Positions 13,471 through 28,165 of a DNA stretch of 64,000 bases are shown here, piece after piece. Positions within the stretch are counted from its first letter, which is position 1, and every line of letters starts with the position of its first letter. This DNA is from Octopus vulgaris (lineage: Eukaryota), in assembly GCA_951406725.2 (NCBI GenBank), contig OX597820.1, positions 91,760,001 to 91,824,000 on the forward strand. The letters run 5' to 3'. The translations under genes and the position numbers were made by a program. The notes beneath the pieces were generated by a model. That model worked only from the letters and a program-made list of their open reading frames with translations, did no database searches and was not told where the DNA came from.

Positions 13471-13949
13471 CAGTTTATTCATAATTCTATGATTGGGGTT
13501 TGCTTTTGCATTTGTCATAGAATTACGTATTAAGTTTTACATATATTTATATTTCTAGATGTGTATTTAAAAACTTTTTCCAGTGGTGGCGTCTACTGGA
13601 ATCTGTCACTGCTGCATGTGAGCGTCTGAGTATATTAAGTAAGGTATTTCTCTTACTAAAGTTATAAATGATAAAATTTATACACTAAGCATTGATGCGT
13701 GTCCGTGTATTTTCAGCGAAGATCTGTTTTAATATCATTTTCCTTACGTATCGAAATGGCTGAAATGGAAGAATATTTTCTTTCGTTACTTTTGTGAATC
13801 AGACGTGTTCATGAAAGTTATTTGTTAATTTATGCAATCTTGTAAACTGACCGCAAGTGAAATAGCATTCGAGGAATTTTCGAATAAATCGATGACACTT
13901 ATAAACAAATGCAATTCACTTCAGCAATTTCGAAATATAAAAACAAACA

Positions 13950-16350
13950 AACCAGTTATTACAAACCAGTGCAAATCATTATAGCACTGTGGCATCACTG
14001 ACGCTACAGAAGCTCTGTTCACAGCTGTTATTTATAACAGCAACGGCGGGACACTGCAATGTACAGACTAAAATTAATCACTAGAAGGAAATTAATTTTG
14101 AACATGCGGCGTGTATAAAATGGGGACTAGATTAAGATGTAGAACAGATTATTAAATTACAAACTGAATAAACGCGTACTGGAAGATATTCAAGAACGAA
14201 AATCTAACAGTTACACACGAAAATACAAAAATGAGATCAAGGTATTTTACTTGAGAAATTCCGTGCAAGCATATAAGATCAGAACCAAACGAAGAAACTA
14301 AAATGAGAATAATTCACACCTTTCAAGAGTTTAAAACGAAAACCACTCCTCTGGTTTTGAATATCTGAATTCAAACATAAGTTTATCAAATGTGACGCCA
14401 TAAAACAGTAACTCAACACGAAAGGAAAAAGACTTCAAAAAAATATTAAACCGAAAGGAGAAACTACATTACAGAAAGAAAATCTAATTAAATACTGGGA
14501 TCAAAAAATATATGATTGTTAGAACTATATGTACAGAAAAAAAGTTTCAAAAATACGCTACTTCACAACAAGAGTACACACCGTAACATATTATTATTTA
14601 AAAGATAATAAGACCATATGCCAGAAAGTGTAAATATAGGAACGATCCGATTAATATGATGTGGCCAACCTCAACAAAAAAATTTTCCTCTGTGTAACGA
14701 TTGTAATACTATGTAATTCTGCATTTGCAAATGCCCACAAATAATGCCTAGGAATTCATAGCAGAAGGATTTTGACTATTTTTGCGAAAACAAACTATTC
14801 CTTGTTTGATAACAAATATTACCTTCAAATAAAAGTGTCTCCACTAGGCACGAAAACAGTTTACTATTTAAATGAAAAAAATAGTCAAAGGACGACAATT
14901 TGTATTCTTTTGTATGCAAAGTAATAAAACGGGGCGGAAGTTCAATAAACTATATCAAAACAAATTTCAAATATCAGAAAACGTTTACAAACAAAGCCAA
15001 CCAAACAGACCTGATACTACTCCGGCAGACCGAATAAAATTGTATTACTGTGCCATAAAACAAATCAGTCCAGCATATAAGTACAGAATCTACTATGAAA
15101 CAGACCAATAAAGAAAGGTAGTATAATACTAGACACGCTAATATTTGAGAGCCCTTTTTCCAAAGCACGTAGAATAAGAAGACAGAGTGGAAAGAATTGG
15201 AAGAAAAATTGAAAAATTAAATGGCGAATCCAAAAGCAGCTTAACGAAAATGTTTTGAAACATTTAATTTATTTTGATGTAAAACGAGCAACTTTTATAA
15301 ACTAATGAAACTTCAAAAGTTTACTGACGAACATGCATCAAAGGTGAAGATTCTCAAACCATCTGAATTAAAATTATGTCCGATTTTTGTAAGACGTACA
15401 TCGAGCCTCCAAAGATTGAGTAAATTACAATATATTATATGAAAACCATTAAGCAAATCGGCGGTATGTTTTATCAGCGATGATATAGATAATAAAACCA
15501 TATGGCAGAAAAAGTAAATATAGGAACGATCCTATTAGTCTGATGTGGCCAGCCTCTACAAAATTCTTTCCCTTGTGTAACGATTGTAATTCTGTGTAAT
15601 TACGCATTTGCAAATGACCACAAATAATGCTCATGAATTCATAGCAGAGGGATTATGACTATTTTTAAGAAAACAAACTATTCCTTGTTTGATAACAAAT
15701 ATTACCTTTAAATAAAAGTGTCTCACTAGGCACGAAAAATCAGATGTAATTTTGGAACACTAGTAATGGGATTTTAGAAGAAAAAAATGTAATCTCGATC
15801 TTGAATTATTTGTAGCAACATTTCCAACTCCGTTTTAAAGTAACTTGGAAGATATTGCTTCGTGACTCATAATCGGGAATGAAAATAAGAGCAACAGAAT
15901 GATTCATTAAATCGCCGCAATTCACAATGGAAATTGAAGGAAAGGAATTTCCATTTCTGGAAATTTTTAAAATTAGCAACATGGCATTATTACAACTGAT
16001 TTGCAATACGAACTGGTACTGAAACATTATACATTGCAATCCATCCCATATTAAGAGAAATATTCCTTTTAATATGGCAAGTTTTATAGATACACAAAAT
16101 AGTTGTAAAGTGATCTAAATGAAACGAGTTGAAGAACTATAAAAATTCATCGAAAGACAGATAATACGAAAAGTTCGCTGTTTAATGCCATAATCAATTC
16201 AAAAGAAAACTCGATCTCAAAATTATGAAGGAAATTTCACTATGAAGGCAAAGACAATATGAGAAACGTTACATTTATTCTCACAAAATTCACATTTGGT
16301 TATTAAGGAGTTACAGATTATTAAAACTCGATACAACTTCTTGAAAAGAT
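13950..16350 (+). mobile_element. Old Penelope-like element relic (RT region) with internal duplication
   Basis: Peptides LKLCPIFVRRTSSLQRLSKL (~15370) and QFTMEIEGKEFPFLEI (~15920) parallel LKLRPNIASPACATQR and FTMEYSKEQLPFLDI of the element at 22730-25900. 14603-14856 is repeated at 15486-15738. Boundaries approximate. Confidence 0.6.
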
Positions 16351-16990
16351 GCATGTTATGGTAAATGATATATGACGAGTTTCTTCTCTCTCTCTCTCTC
16401 TCTCTCTTTCTCTGTATGTGCGTGTGTGTGAGTACGCGTGCGTGTGTTTGTATGGAACATGTGATATGAGTAAACAGAATAATTTAAAAGGTTCACAACT
16501 TGGAAAGAAGTTAATGGTAATACAAATATGGACCATACAACAAAACATTTTCTTTACTTCATTAAATATTCACACCGCAAGAAGAAATATATCGATAAAA
16601 ATATAAACAAAATTAAGAGACGTGTCAGGGTACAGGAAAAAGAAATCACAAATACATTTATTAGAAATATTATTTACAGTGAAAGCCAAAATAATTATGC
16701 GAAAAGGAAATTCAAGGTATTACCTGTTTCTAAAATAGAGGTAGAAAATTATCAATAAGGAAAGCAAAAGGATAACAATTTATAAAGTTTTTTTCTTTTT
16801 AATCCAAATCAAAACCTGAATTTGTCATAGTCGCTACCGAGCATAATTACAACTATACAGGTAACAAAAGGGAAAAGATTGTGCTATACCACCTGTGTTT
16901 CGTTTCAATCGGTGGAGTCTGCAAAAGCTTAAACAAAATTAAAGTTTCTTGAGGTCTGTGTGACTTTGTTCTTCCTTTTTAGCCTTTTAA

Positions 16991-18214
16991 GAGGGTTGGT
17001 CGAAAAGCTCATAGGCTGACTAGGAACGAGCGAGGATAGAGCTGTGAAATTTTTCATGCATTAATTTCAACACTTCTCATTAATAACTGCATCATTTCTT
17101 TCCCGGCACATTGATAACTAGCTGTTCAAACAAGAATTCAAATGTAACTAGTTGTAACTTCTCTTAAAAATGGATAATATTTGACATCGTGGTGCTATCA
17201 AATATCTCCAGAAAGATGGTTTAATCCCCCAAGGGCATTCATGCTGATATGGATGCTATATTAGGGGATGACTGTGCACAATGGACGGTGAAATTTAGGA
17301 GGAGGAGGCAAGATCTTGAATTTGGGCCTAGTTTTGGACGTCTTGCATTTGCCACCACCCAGGAAAACTTTGATCTTGTCCACGGCATGGTGATGGAGGA
17401 CTGGTGATTTAATAGAAATCAAATAGTCAATCCTATTAGCATATCCTGTGAATGAGCTGAGAATATTCTTCACCATAAACTTGGTATGACGCAGGTGTCT
17501 GCTTGGTGGGCCCTGTGACAACTGATCAGAAGCAGGAAACTCTGATATTGTTTCAGGCAGATACAGCGGGTTTCCTTTCCTGTCTCCTAAGCCAGGATGT
17601 ATGTTGTGTTCATTACTTTGAACAAGAGGCAAAGAGACAATGAGACAATCCATGCAATGGGAGCACCCTTCCATATATGCTCCACTGAAGGACAGGGTCT
17701 TCTCAGTTGCAGGGAAGATGCTGGATCCAGCTTCTCGGATTACAGAAGTCATTGCAATTATTGGCTATCTTCAAAAGGCCACACCATCAACGGTGTGTGT
17801 TATACCAACTTGCTGAAGCAGTTACGAAAGGCTAAGAAAACTAACGTAATTGGTCTTAATTCATGAGGACAATGCTGCAGCACACATCAATGGCTATTGT
17901 GAATAATTGTGGCTTTGAACTGGTTGATCATCCTCCCTTTTCTTCTGATTTGGCCCTATTTCACAATCATCTGTCACTCAACACCATAAAACACTAGGCT
18001 GGCAAGCAAAATCACTGAGGCGATGACGTCTTATTTTTATTAACGAAGTTTTCTTATCAACACGATGAAAGCTACTTCACTAATGGGATCCAAGCATCAT
18101 AACACAGATTGAAGAAATGTGTAGACCGCAAGGGGAACTATGTTGAAAAATAAACATTTGGTCACTTTCTATGGGAATATCTTGTGCAGCCTACATACCT
18201 TTCCAGCAACCCAC
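16991..18214 (+). mobile_element. Mariner (Tc1/mariner) transposon, decayed, with degenerate TIRs
   Basis: Left TIR gagggttggtcgaaaagctcataggctgac; right TIR reverse complement gtgggttgctggaaaggtatgtaggctgca. About 1.2 kb long. Confidence 0.8.
17170..18153 (+). pseudogene. Mariner transposase pseudogene
   Basis: MDNI*HRGAIKYLQKDGL start, HEDNAAAH (HDNA motif, ~17862), HPPFSSDLA (HPPYSPDLAP motif, ~17930) and CVDRKGNYVEK* end. Many frameshifts. Confidence 0.85.
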
Positions 18215-18865
18215 ATATATAGTTAATGTGTGCGTATGTGTGTGTTCGTGTGCGTGTGCATGACTGAATACCTGCAGTTTCTTGGGAAATAAAGAATACA
18301 GTCGGTAATCAATTTGTTGAATTTCAATTATTGTAATTCTGAATAAGTTTACAATGTATATAATATGTTTATTATCTGCATCAGATATGTATGATTATTT
18401 TAAAAGTTATTATATTACTACATTTCAATAACCCACTGTGAAATGAAAGAGCACAATACCATTCCAGACATGACAAATAAGTCAATTTATTTTAAATACA
18501 TATGCAATGTTAAGGAAATGAATATAAAATGTCTCTTTTGTGCATTCAGTATCCTCCCCCGTGCATTTATACCTTGTAATTTGTTAAGAAACTTCTTTAA
18601 AATCTCTATGTTGTAATGACTGGAGTTTATGAATGTAAAAATAGCCCATGCACATTCAAGATTTTCAACTGCTATCAGGTTTCTTGTATCTGTAAATATA
18701 ATGTCTATGCACGAAACGCTAGTTTTAATGTATACAGAAATGTGATCTGGACTTTTTCTAGAAAGGTTGTACAGTCAAATGTGACATAGACTTCATTAAG
18801 AATTTTTTTTTAATGAGTGAACTTCTAAAATAGAAATTCCACAATTGCTTCGTGTTTCGAAACAG

Positions 18866-18918
18866 AGTGCCCATTGATACCCGTGGCATAGACAAACAAG
18901 ACTTAGACTCTGTACCAG
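18866..18918 (+). CDS. Candidate small internal exon (53 nt) of an unidentified gene
   Basis: ttgcttcgtgtttcgaaacag acceptor and CAG|gtaaat donor. The only open frame is VPIDTRGIDKQDLDSVP, ending in phase 1. Non-repetitive context. Confidence 0.4.
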
Positions 18919-19220
18919 GTAAATATTATGATGTTTTATTTGAAATTAGAATCAGCGTTAACCTATTTCAATAACATGAATAACTCCAGGATTTCATTTG
19001 TAGAATTTTTAATAAAGGAATATGCATTAATTTCCTCAATGTTAGATTCTACTTAATCACTCCAAATACTAATTAATAAATTATTAAATTTTTTTCATAA
19101 AATATTCAGTATTTCGCTCCTAATTCAGGCTATTTACATCGCTGATGTGTCGGCATCCCATACTCCAACATATGAGTTTAAGTATATCATCATCCATAAA
19201 CGGTTCCATAGAGTTTACTG

Positions 19221-19450
<230 letters not shown>

Positions 19451-20479
19451 CTCATACATGCCAGCATACATATAATATGTAGACATTTGTACACAGATAT
19501 ATTTCATTAAATACAGGACTATGTTCATGTTTAATTTAGAATTTTCGCATTTTGTTATTAATTTTCTTTTATAGATCGCTTGTCACGGTAAAGTTTCTAA
19601 GTTAACATACAATGATTCTAAACCTCTAAAGTTTCGTTTTCAGAAACAGGATAAATTTGGCTTCTGCATTGTTTCTTATATACCGAATGAAACCATGTAT
19701 GCATTTCCGCTAAAGACTGTCAGTTGTTTAGGATTCTACGTCAAGAGATATGTGTTGCTTTGTTTTGTTATGATCAAATGTTTTACCGTTTGTTTTTCAT
19801 GCAAGTAGCTCCGCGTTATAATACTCTGATGTTAGTGTTGTTTACATGTCTACTGTGTGCAATATGGGCATGGCTTCCATGGTTAAATAATTTTTTTGAA
19901 GAATTTTAGAGATTATGCCCGTATTATCTTCTACTTGCTTTTTAAAATAAAATTTTGATGTGATGTGTGATACATAATTTTGTAAATGTACAGTGAGACT
20001 ACGAAAGAATGTTGTACTAATACGGTTGATGTAACAGCTGGATTCTTGACGTGATCTTGAGTTTATATGTTGGTGCTGTATTCATATGCGTATTCATATG
20101 GTTGTGGTGAAGAGGTGCTGAATTTTGTTCTTTTGGAAGTATAATATTATCTTACATTTATAGTCGGGTTTGATATGTTTTGTGTTCCGCTTTATGGAAT
20201 ATTTAATATTTCCCTTCGATAGTTTATAGGCATTTAATTAATATAATTTTATGTTTCCTCTCTGTATTTTAATTGGGTGTACTCTATGAAATACTTATTT
20301 TTTTTGTTGTTTTTTTAAAATTTTGTCTGTTCTTTAATAACTTGGTCTACTAGTCTGTTGGAATATATGTTGCTAATATTAACTTTATTCTGTGGATTTC
20401 TTCTTTTGTACCTCGGTTGTGGACCAGAATATACAAGCCCTTCTGCACATACAATCACACACACATACGCACACCCTGC

Positions 20480-20526
<47 letters not shown>

Positions 20527-20990
20527 CGTATATTTGCCATTTGAATATGGCTAACCCCTAAGGGTAGATGCTACTGTAGTTTATAACTCGCTCTGAGATT
20601 TATCATTGTTATATATATATATATATATCGCAGGAGTAGTTTAATTTACATTTATACTGAAGATACTAAGCTACTATTATAAACGCATCCCGTAGATTTC
20701 ATATAATAATCATAAAATATCAGTGTCGCTTTTAACATTATATATCTGTACTGAAGAAATGATCTGTGAAATGTCTCAATGTAACATCGATATAATTTAT
20801 AAATTCGTTTGCTGTACTCTAGTTTGGATATAAGATTAAATCATGAAGATTACAGAGTTGAATATTAACACTGAGAAATGTCCATGCAAAATTGGTACTT
20901 TCCGTTTATTATTAATATGGAAGACTAAAACAACCAAGAAAGAAACAATTATCAGTTTCCACTTTCATTGTGATTCATCTTCACTTGAAG

Positions 20991-21060
20991 GCATCCAGTC
21001 TGTGGCTTCCGCATCGACGACACCGAAACACATTTCTGATCAAAAATACGTGTAAACTGG
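20991..21060 (+). CDS. Candidate exon (70 nt, or 62 nt from a second AG at 20998) containing a stop codon
   Basis: Pyrimidine-rich tract then AG, and TGG|gtaaat donor. In phase 1 after 18918 it reads GIQSVASASTTPKHISDQKYV* (or VCGFRIDDTETHF* with the second AG). Confidence 0.3.
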
Positions 21061-21277
21061 GTAAATTATTTTCTTTTTCCTTTTCTGCTGTTCTCCGATA
21101 CAAGATATTCAGATAAGGCGAATTCTTTCATGTAAAACAATATTTATTAAACGATCAAACAGTAATGAACACACAAAAATATCGACAATATTTATATTAT
21201 CGTCAAAGGAATTCCTCATTGTAAATATTCAGAAATAGCTTCAAACAGAACTGCCCACTCCTTATTTTTACACCAAG

Positions 21278-21342
<65 letters not shown>

Positions 21343-22218
21343 CTTTGTGTATAATTTGTATACAAGACCTGAATTTGTTTTTAACGCGTGGAGTAGAAAA
21401 CGCCTGTACTTCTATGCATGTAAAGTGCATATGTGTTTTACTCCTTTGAGTGAAAAAAGTAATTCATATCTTGAATAAAAACTTGTACTTAGTTTAAATA
21501 TTTAATATAGTAAACGTAAACTTAAATTATTGAATTTAAGACGAAATTCAAAATGTATGTCTACAGATAACCAAACACACCACACGAAAATTACACACAC
21601 ATAGAAGAAAGTATGCACATTATGTTCAGTTTCATTTACACAAAACAATTGATCCCTGAGATATTGCAGCTTCATAACTAATATATTTTATAAATATTCT
21701 GCTTTTTTATATTATGGTCTGTGTGAACCCTCTATACAGTCATATATATGCTTGAAGGTTTTGTTTATATATGTATAACTTTAAGAATGTTTTCGAGACG
21801 TTTCCATATCAATAATGACTTCGTAAACGCACAAATCAATGTTTGCAATGTATTGAACATGTCGCCAACTAAGATACTTTACCCAAAATGTGATTTTTGA
21901 AAACACATGATTGAGGTCAGTTTACCCGATTGTTTCTTCTAACAAAACTGCTTAACTTTTGCTTTCTGTCACTCTGGGTTGATGCAGAAAACAATTACTA
22001 TTAGTGTCATACCTGACTATTAACTACCGGCCTCTTTAATTTGTAAAACAAACACCAATCCCTCTTTAACAATAATCATTACTAATATGAATGTTTTTTC
22101 ATGAGAATAAATTATATACGACAGTCATATTTCAAATTTGAATATTTAGGAAGAAATAACTGAAACTATAAACTCATTGAATTCTGTGGTTACCTGGTAG
22201 CTACAAAAAAAATGTTCC

Positions 22219-22424
22219 TTTCTATGATAGGCACAAGTCCGGAAATTTGTGGTGAGGGTGATAGTCGATTACATCGACCCCAGTGCTTAGCTGGTACTTA
22301 TTTTATCAATCCCAAAAGGGTGAAAGGAAAAGCTAACCACGGTGGCATTTGAACTCAGTACGTAAAGAAAGACGAAATGCCGCTAAGGATCTTCACCGGC
22401 GTGCTAGATTCTGCCAGCTCACCG
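22219..22424 (-). mobile_element. SINE family A
   Basis: Aligns by eye with 12166-12372. Confidence 0.8.
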
Positions 22425-22729
22425 CTACGAAGAAAATAATGAAAAGGTATATCCTAAGAAGTTACTTGCATGAAGATAACGACACCGTTATTTTTTGTTT
22501 TGGACATGAAACAATCAGTGTATGTACCTCTATACATTTAAGCTTATGCACAATAGTGCAAATCTCAGATACCACATTTAAAGTAGAACCAGTTACCATG
22601 ACAATATCTGCTACTTGGTCTAATATAGTTAAGTAATAGTGATAGGCATATAAAGAAGGAAAAGGCACACAATATTTTATAAGATAGAACATTTGTATAG
22701 TCTGCTGGTTTTGAGTTAATCATAACTAG

Positions 22730-25700
22730 GAAATTGGTGAAAACTTTGCAAATTCTTAGTTTCTGAAAGAATTTTTAATCCATGTTTGTTGCATGAGAGT
22801 TTATTCGAAAATGAACCAGCAGAACATGTGCTAAAAATGATAATAAAGCAGAAATATATGAATGACAGACAAACACAACACCGTGAATAATTCGAAGCAA
22901 ACTTCACATAAAATCAATTCCAGAAGAGTGTGAACAGCAAGGACAATTAAAGGAGAAAGTAACGTAATAGAAAATGCAAACAGAAATTGAATTACTTAAG
23001 CTAATAGCATCGAAAAGCGAACAAAAATATAAAGCCATTGATGAAGAAATGCTTATTGAACTCAGTAAATTTGTTTATGAACATATTTTGGTTAGTGTTC
23101 TCAAACTATGGAAAGAAATCTGTGAATCTGAAGAAATAAATTCCTTTTAACTTTGCTATTTTTTCCTTAATTATGAATTTCATTTGAAATGAAAGTACAG
23201 TTCCGATAAACCTTTTCTTAAGAAATCCAGAATTAAAACCTGTACAGAAATGACGTAACAACGAATCAGTTCAAACTATAAACATTTAAAGGAAAACAGC
23301 CACACGAAAGAAACCTCTTATTTGGAAGTAAATCGTTCTCAAACTAGAAACAGGGAAATTTCACAAATTAGATTAGGAGAAACCACTCCGGAGTTAATAA
23401 CAGTTTTTTCCAGCAATTAGAAAAATCCGGGGGAATACATTTAACCTTCAATAAAGAAACTCGAACCACGTAATTACAACCAATTTTCTCAGAGAACACA
23501 ACCACCCTTCTTACAAAGCAAATTAGTAAAACTAACAAGTTATATCAATGTAATTACAACCAACGGTTTTTGACCCAATCCAGAAAAATAGGGACACACG
23601 TTGGAACAAAACATACAGAAAAAACGCAAAGTAATACATTTCTCAAAGAAAATGTGCTCAACAACAAGATTCAACACACTTGCAAAAGAACTAAAATTTA
23701 CCGCAAACCCGCGCAGATCTAATCAGAATAGAATTAAAGATAATATTACTGAATTGTGCAGAAAACTGAGACTTATAGAAACACTAATTGATTATAACAA
23801 TGACAATGAATCACTGATGAAATACAGAAGCAATTATCTTCTACCTAATGGTGGGAATAAAACACTAGATGACTTTTATGATCATATCCTGAATTACCCG
23901 AATACATTGCACAAGCGAAGAATCAACTCGAACCTCAAAAATACTGTATGGAAAAATTTGAACTGCAAATCGATAAAGAACTGAAAAAGAAGCCGACAAA
24001 GGAAGTGCAGTAGTTCTGATGGACACAGTATACTACAAAACCCTAGTACTGTCAATGCTGAAAAAACCCATACCTTCTGCGAAAAGGTTGAGTGCTATAA
24101 CCAACAGAAAACAATGAAAATTCGTCATACTTACTTCATTAACATGGAAGTGGTCTTACAGAAAAAGAAATAGGTTGTATCACAAATTTTAAATGTATGC
24201 CTAGTCTCCTTTATGACCTACTTTAAATCATCAAGAGCCAGGTAAACACTGAAGCTTGCAAACAGTCATAAGGTATACACGTTAGTGTTCAGGCAACAGC
24301 AGGTTTAAAGCTAAGACCAAATATTGCTAGCCCAGCGTGTGCAACCCAGAGATAAAGTAATTTTCTAGACATCCTACTGAAACCATTTTCGAAATATATC
24401 AAAAGCTTCATTAGAGATTATCTAGATATGTTAAATCACCTACCAAAGTCAAACAATGAAGAGGCAGTTAAGGTATCCGTTGATGTTGTCAATCTATGCA
24501 CCAATATCTCATACAACTATGGAATAGAAAGAATGAAATTTTGGCTGAAAAATTATACCAAAAAGCTTTCAGAGTGCATGAACCTAGGATTTATTATTTT
24601 GACACTTTAAAATTTATCTTCCAGAATAATTACATTCTCTTTGATACTACCCACTAGCGAATTAACTGTGGAACTACGATGGGAACAAAAGCATCCCGAG
24701 TCTTCCGTTCTTATTAATGAGATATTTAGAATTAACTATATATATCAAGTGTCACTACAAAACTATGGATTGTCCTTTTACCTTTATATAAGAGGGAACT
24801 GGAAAAGATATCTGGATGATGCTTTATTGTTTAGAATGTGAATATTGATAAACTATTTCAATTTAAATCGCTACGCAATAGTATAAATCCAAATATTCAG
24901 TTTACAATGGAGTACAGCAAAGAGCAACTCCCATTCCTTGATATTTTGATTTTAAAAGTTAACAATCAAATTGAAACTGTTATCTATTAGAAACCAACTC
25001 GAATGCCTTCTGTTTAATTCATGCCGTCCAAAACACATTAAAAAATATTACTTTTAATTTAGCGAAAAGTATTTGCATAATAGTGTCTGATGAACATACT
25101 CTGTATCTTCGACTTCAAAACCTTAGAACCACAGTAGGCGAGACACTATTCACACTCACTAATAGACGATGGGATTCAACGTGCCAAGAAAATAACTATC
25201 GAAACACCAAGGGAAACAAAATCCCACATCTCGTCTACATGTACTACCCTATATATCGACACACAACCCTAAAAACAATGAGGCATGCAATATTATTAAA
25301 AAATTACCTCTACTTACGAGGATCTAAAGATGAACCACATTCGACAAACGCACAACGTAAAAAAAAGATCTCAGTCACTAAAAAGAATACTAGCAAATGC
25401 AAAGTTATACTCAACAACACCAGAAACAAAGTTAAAAGATGCGGGCCTCGAAAATGTGGAACATTCCCCAACCTCCTGGGTGGTTCAAAATTCCACTTCA
25501 AACAGGGAAAGTTATTCATATCGAAGACTAATTTCTCTCATGCATCCGAAAATTTAATTTATTTGAGTCTTTCAGGATGTGAATACAGCTATATAGGCCA
25601 AAGAAGGATGTCCTTCAGAAATGCGTTTTCCAAGGTATAGGAAAATCCCTTTAAGCGAACACATACAGAGACGTGAGTGGAATCCAACCAAACTTCACGA

Positions 25701-25900
25701 TTTTCCCCATCTGACAGTGCAAGGAAGCAATCTCTATACAGCAACAATTAAATAAACAGATTATATTTATTAAGGCATACAAACAACGCCTGAATATGAA
25801 TGCATAACTAATTTTGGATTCTACAAATATTTTAATTCATGAACGCATAACCAACTTCGAAAATATATTATTTCATAATTTGAATTATTGAATTAATAAC
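22730..25900 (+). mobile_element. Penelope-like retroelement, decayed near-full ORF (RT plus C-terminal GIY-YIG endonuclease)
   Basis: Motifs in order: KEADKGSAVVLMD (~23990), LKLRPNIASP (~24305), VSVDVVNLCTNI, GTTMGTK (~24670), WKRYLDD (~24800), FTMEYSKEQLPFLDILI (24901), then CGPRKCGT and NLIYLSLSGCEYSYIGQ (GIY-YIG, ~25550-25600). Multiple stops and frameshifts. Confidence 0.88.
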
Positions 25901-25979
25901 GTCGTACTATAAATACTATAAATTTACCTTCCCAAAAAATGTACCCTACCCCTCCAAAAAGTGTACCCTAAGAAAAGTA

Positions 25980-25997
25980 CATATATATATATATATG

Positions 25998-26052
<55 letters not shown>

Positions 26053-26179
26053 GTATGTATATATATATATATATATATATATAAATGTATGTATATATAT
26101 GTATGTATATATATGTATATATACGTATATATATATATATAATGTATGTATGTATATATATATATATATGTATGTATAT

Positions 26180-26211
<32 letters not shown>

Positions 26212-26250
26212 ATATATATATGTATGTATATATATATAAATGTATGTATA

Positions 26251-26295
<45 letters not shown>

Positions 26296-26346
26296 ATATA
26301 TATATATACATGTATGTATATATATATGTATATATATATGTGTGTG

Positions 26347-26412
<66 letters not shown>

Positions 26413-26455
26413 TGTGTGTGTATGTATATATATATATTGTGTGTATATATATGTA
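25980..26455. repeat. Long compound (TA)n/(TATG)n/(TG)n microsatellite
   Basis: Directly visible. Source of the spurious YI-repeat ORFs. Confidence 0.95.
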
Positions 26456-27486
26456 CTTAGACATAGCAAATTAATACTGAAGATCAGATTTATTTCTAGC
26501 ATTAAACTTCGTTTCAGTTTTCATTTCATTGAGTAATACGAGGTAATTACCGTTGTACTTAGAGTACATATCCGACACAAATTACACTTACTTTTATGTG
26601 CCTGCATGGAAATATATTCATCGGCTGGTGCACTATGAAACCGGAATATACAATAATTTCGTGATCGTATTCAAAAGCTTCTTTCTAGTGTAAATGTCCA
26701 TGAATTACTTTGTGGTAATTGTGTTCTTGGAAGAAACTTGTGAAAGGGTTTCGATCGTTTTGTTAATCAATAATATACGCAAAGTTCATCACAGTCGAAG
26801 TGCAAAGTATAATATATTATATGAGATCGTTCGGACTTCTATAAACGACATCCAAATTACCAGCTGCTGCTTCTTCACCCACTTCATGAAGGAATAATAT
26901 CTATCCTACAAGTTTTCTACAAGCCTGTTATGTCTAAGGATTCTAGCCAATTAGAAACAATATCAGGATAAACAACATAGCCATCACATATGGTGAGCTA
27001 GCAGAATCATCTGCGCACTGGAAATATAATTACTGATAACTATTGCCGGCTTTTTGCGCCCTGCATTAAAACCACGCCAAGATCAACTTTGACATTCATC
27101 GATAAGAAGGTATCATCAAGTACCGAGTTCGATGTTATCAACTTATCCCCTCCTCTTAAAATTCTTGCCTCTGTGCCTTACTTAGAAACCATTTATATGT
27201 ATACTATTCAGTTTGCCAAACGCGTAATTTCAAGTATGAATTTTAGGCTACCCTTAACGTGCTTGTCAGTGAGGTTTCTTAAGATATATTTCCATTACTC
27301 CGCTCGCAGTTTTACTGTACCTAGAGAATGCCTCACAAATACCTCTTACTTGTTATTGTATACTTTATGATTCTACACTTATATCAGTTAAAGAGTGTCA
27401 CCCAGAATTTTGATAGGTTTAAGAGTTTGCAGTAGTGTAAACATCATATTAATATTCTCTCTCTCACTCTCTCTCTCTCTATCTCC

Positions 27487-27522
<36 letters not shown>

Positions 27523-27960
27523 TACAAAACACATGTGAGTCCGTGCAAACGCATATGTTTGTGTGTGCGCACGGGATTTGTGTCTATGTGTATCGACATT
27601 CGTTTATTTTAAAACAACGTCGCCAGTTCTCAACGCTCTCTCTAAAATTCTTTACATTAAGATACAAACCAGAATGATGTTAGAACACGATTTCTTTAAG
27701 TAAACTGTTATCTCACTCTCATAATCTAGTTAATAGTTTTTGATCTTTTAACATGCTTTGAATGGGATACTGTGTCTTCTTTTTCTTTCATGAAGTCTGT
27801 CAAATACACCTAGAACACCGTGTAATATTCCTTTGAAGTATCGGTACACACCCAGCAATTTTGGGGGAGTAGGTAAGTGATTTATCTCGACTACAGATAC
27901 CACGAAAATATGAATAACAAAATCTCCCTGGACAGTATTTGATCTCTAATGCGTCTGCCA

Positions 27961-28165
27961 AATTGGCAGAATCGCCAGGAAGTCGGGCAAAAAGCTCAGC
28001 AGCATTTCGTCCGTCTTTACGTTCTGAGTTCAAATTCTACCAAGTACAACTTTGCCATTCGTCCTTTCGGTGTTGATAAAAATTATTACCAGTTGATCAC
28101 TGGGGTCGATGAAACCTATTTGCTACTCCTCTGTAATTGCTGGCCTTGTGTCACACTTTGGAATT
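27961..28165 (+). mobile_element. SINE family A
   Basis: ttggcagaatcg...gcatttcgtccgtctttacgttctgagttcaaattc...ctggggtcgat...ggccttgtg. Confidence 0.8.

Noticed and set aside
19600-20400. Possible minus-strand PLE thumb or endonuclease remnant
   Set aside because: Strand bias and faint motif hints only.
26880-27330. Minus-strand FQCADDS (27001-27023) resembling the RT YADD motif
   Set aside because: Single short motif without convincing neighbouring RT motifs.
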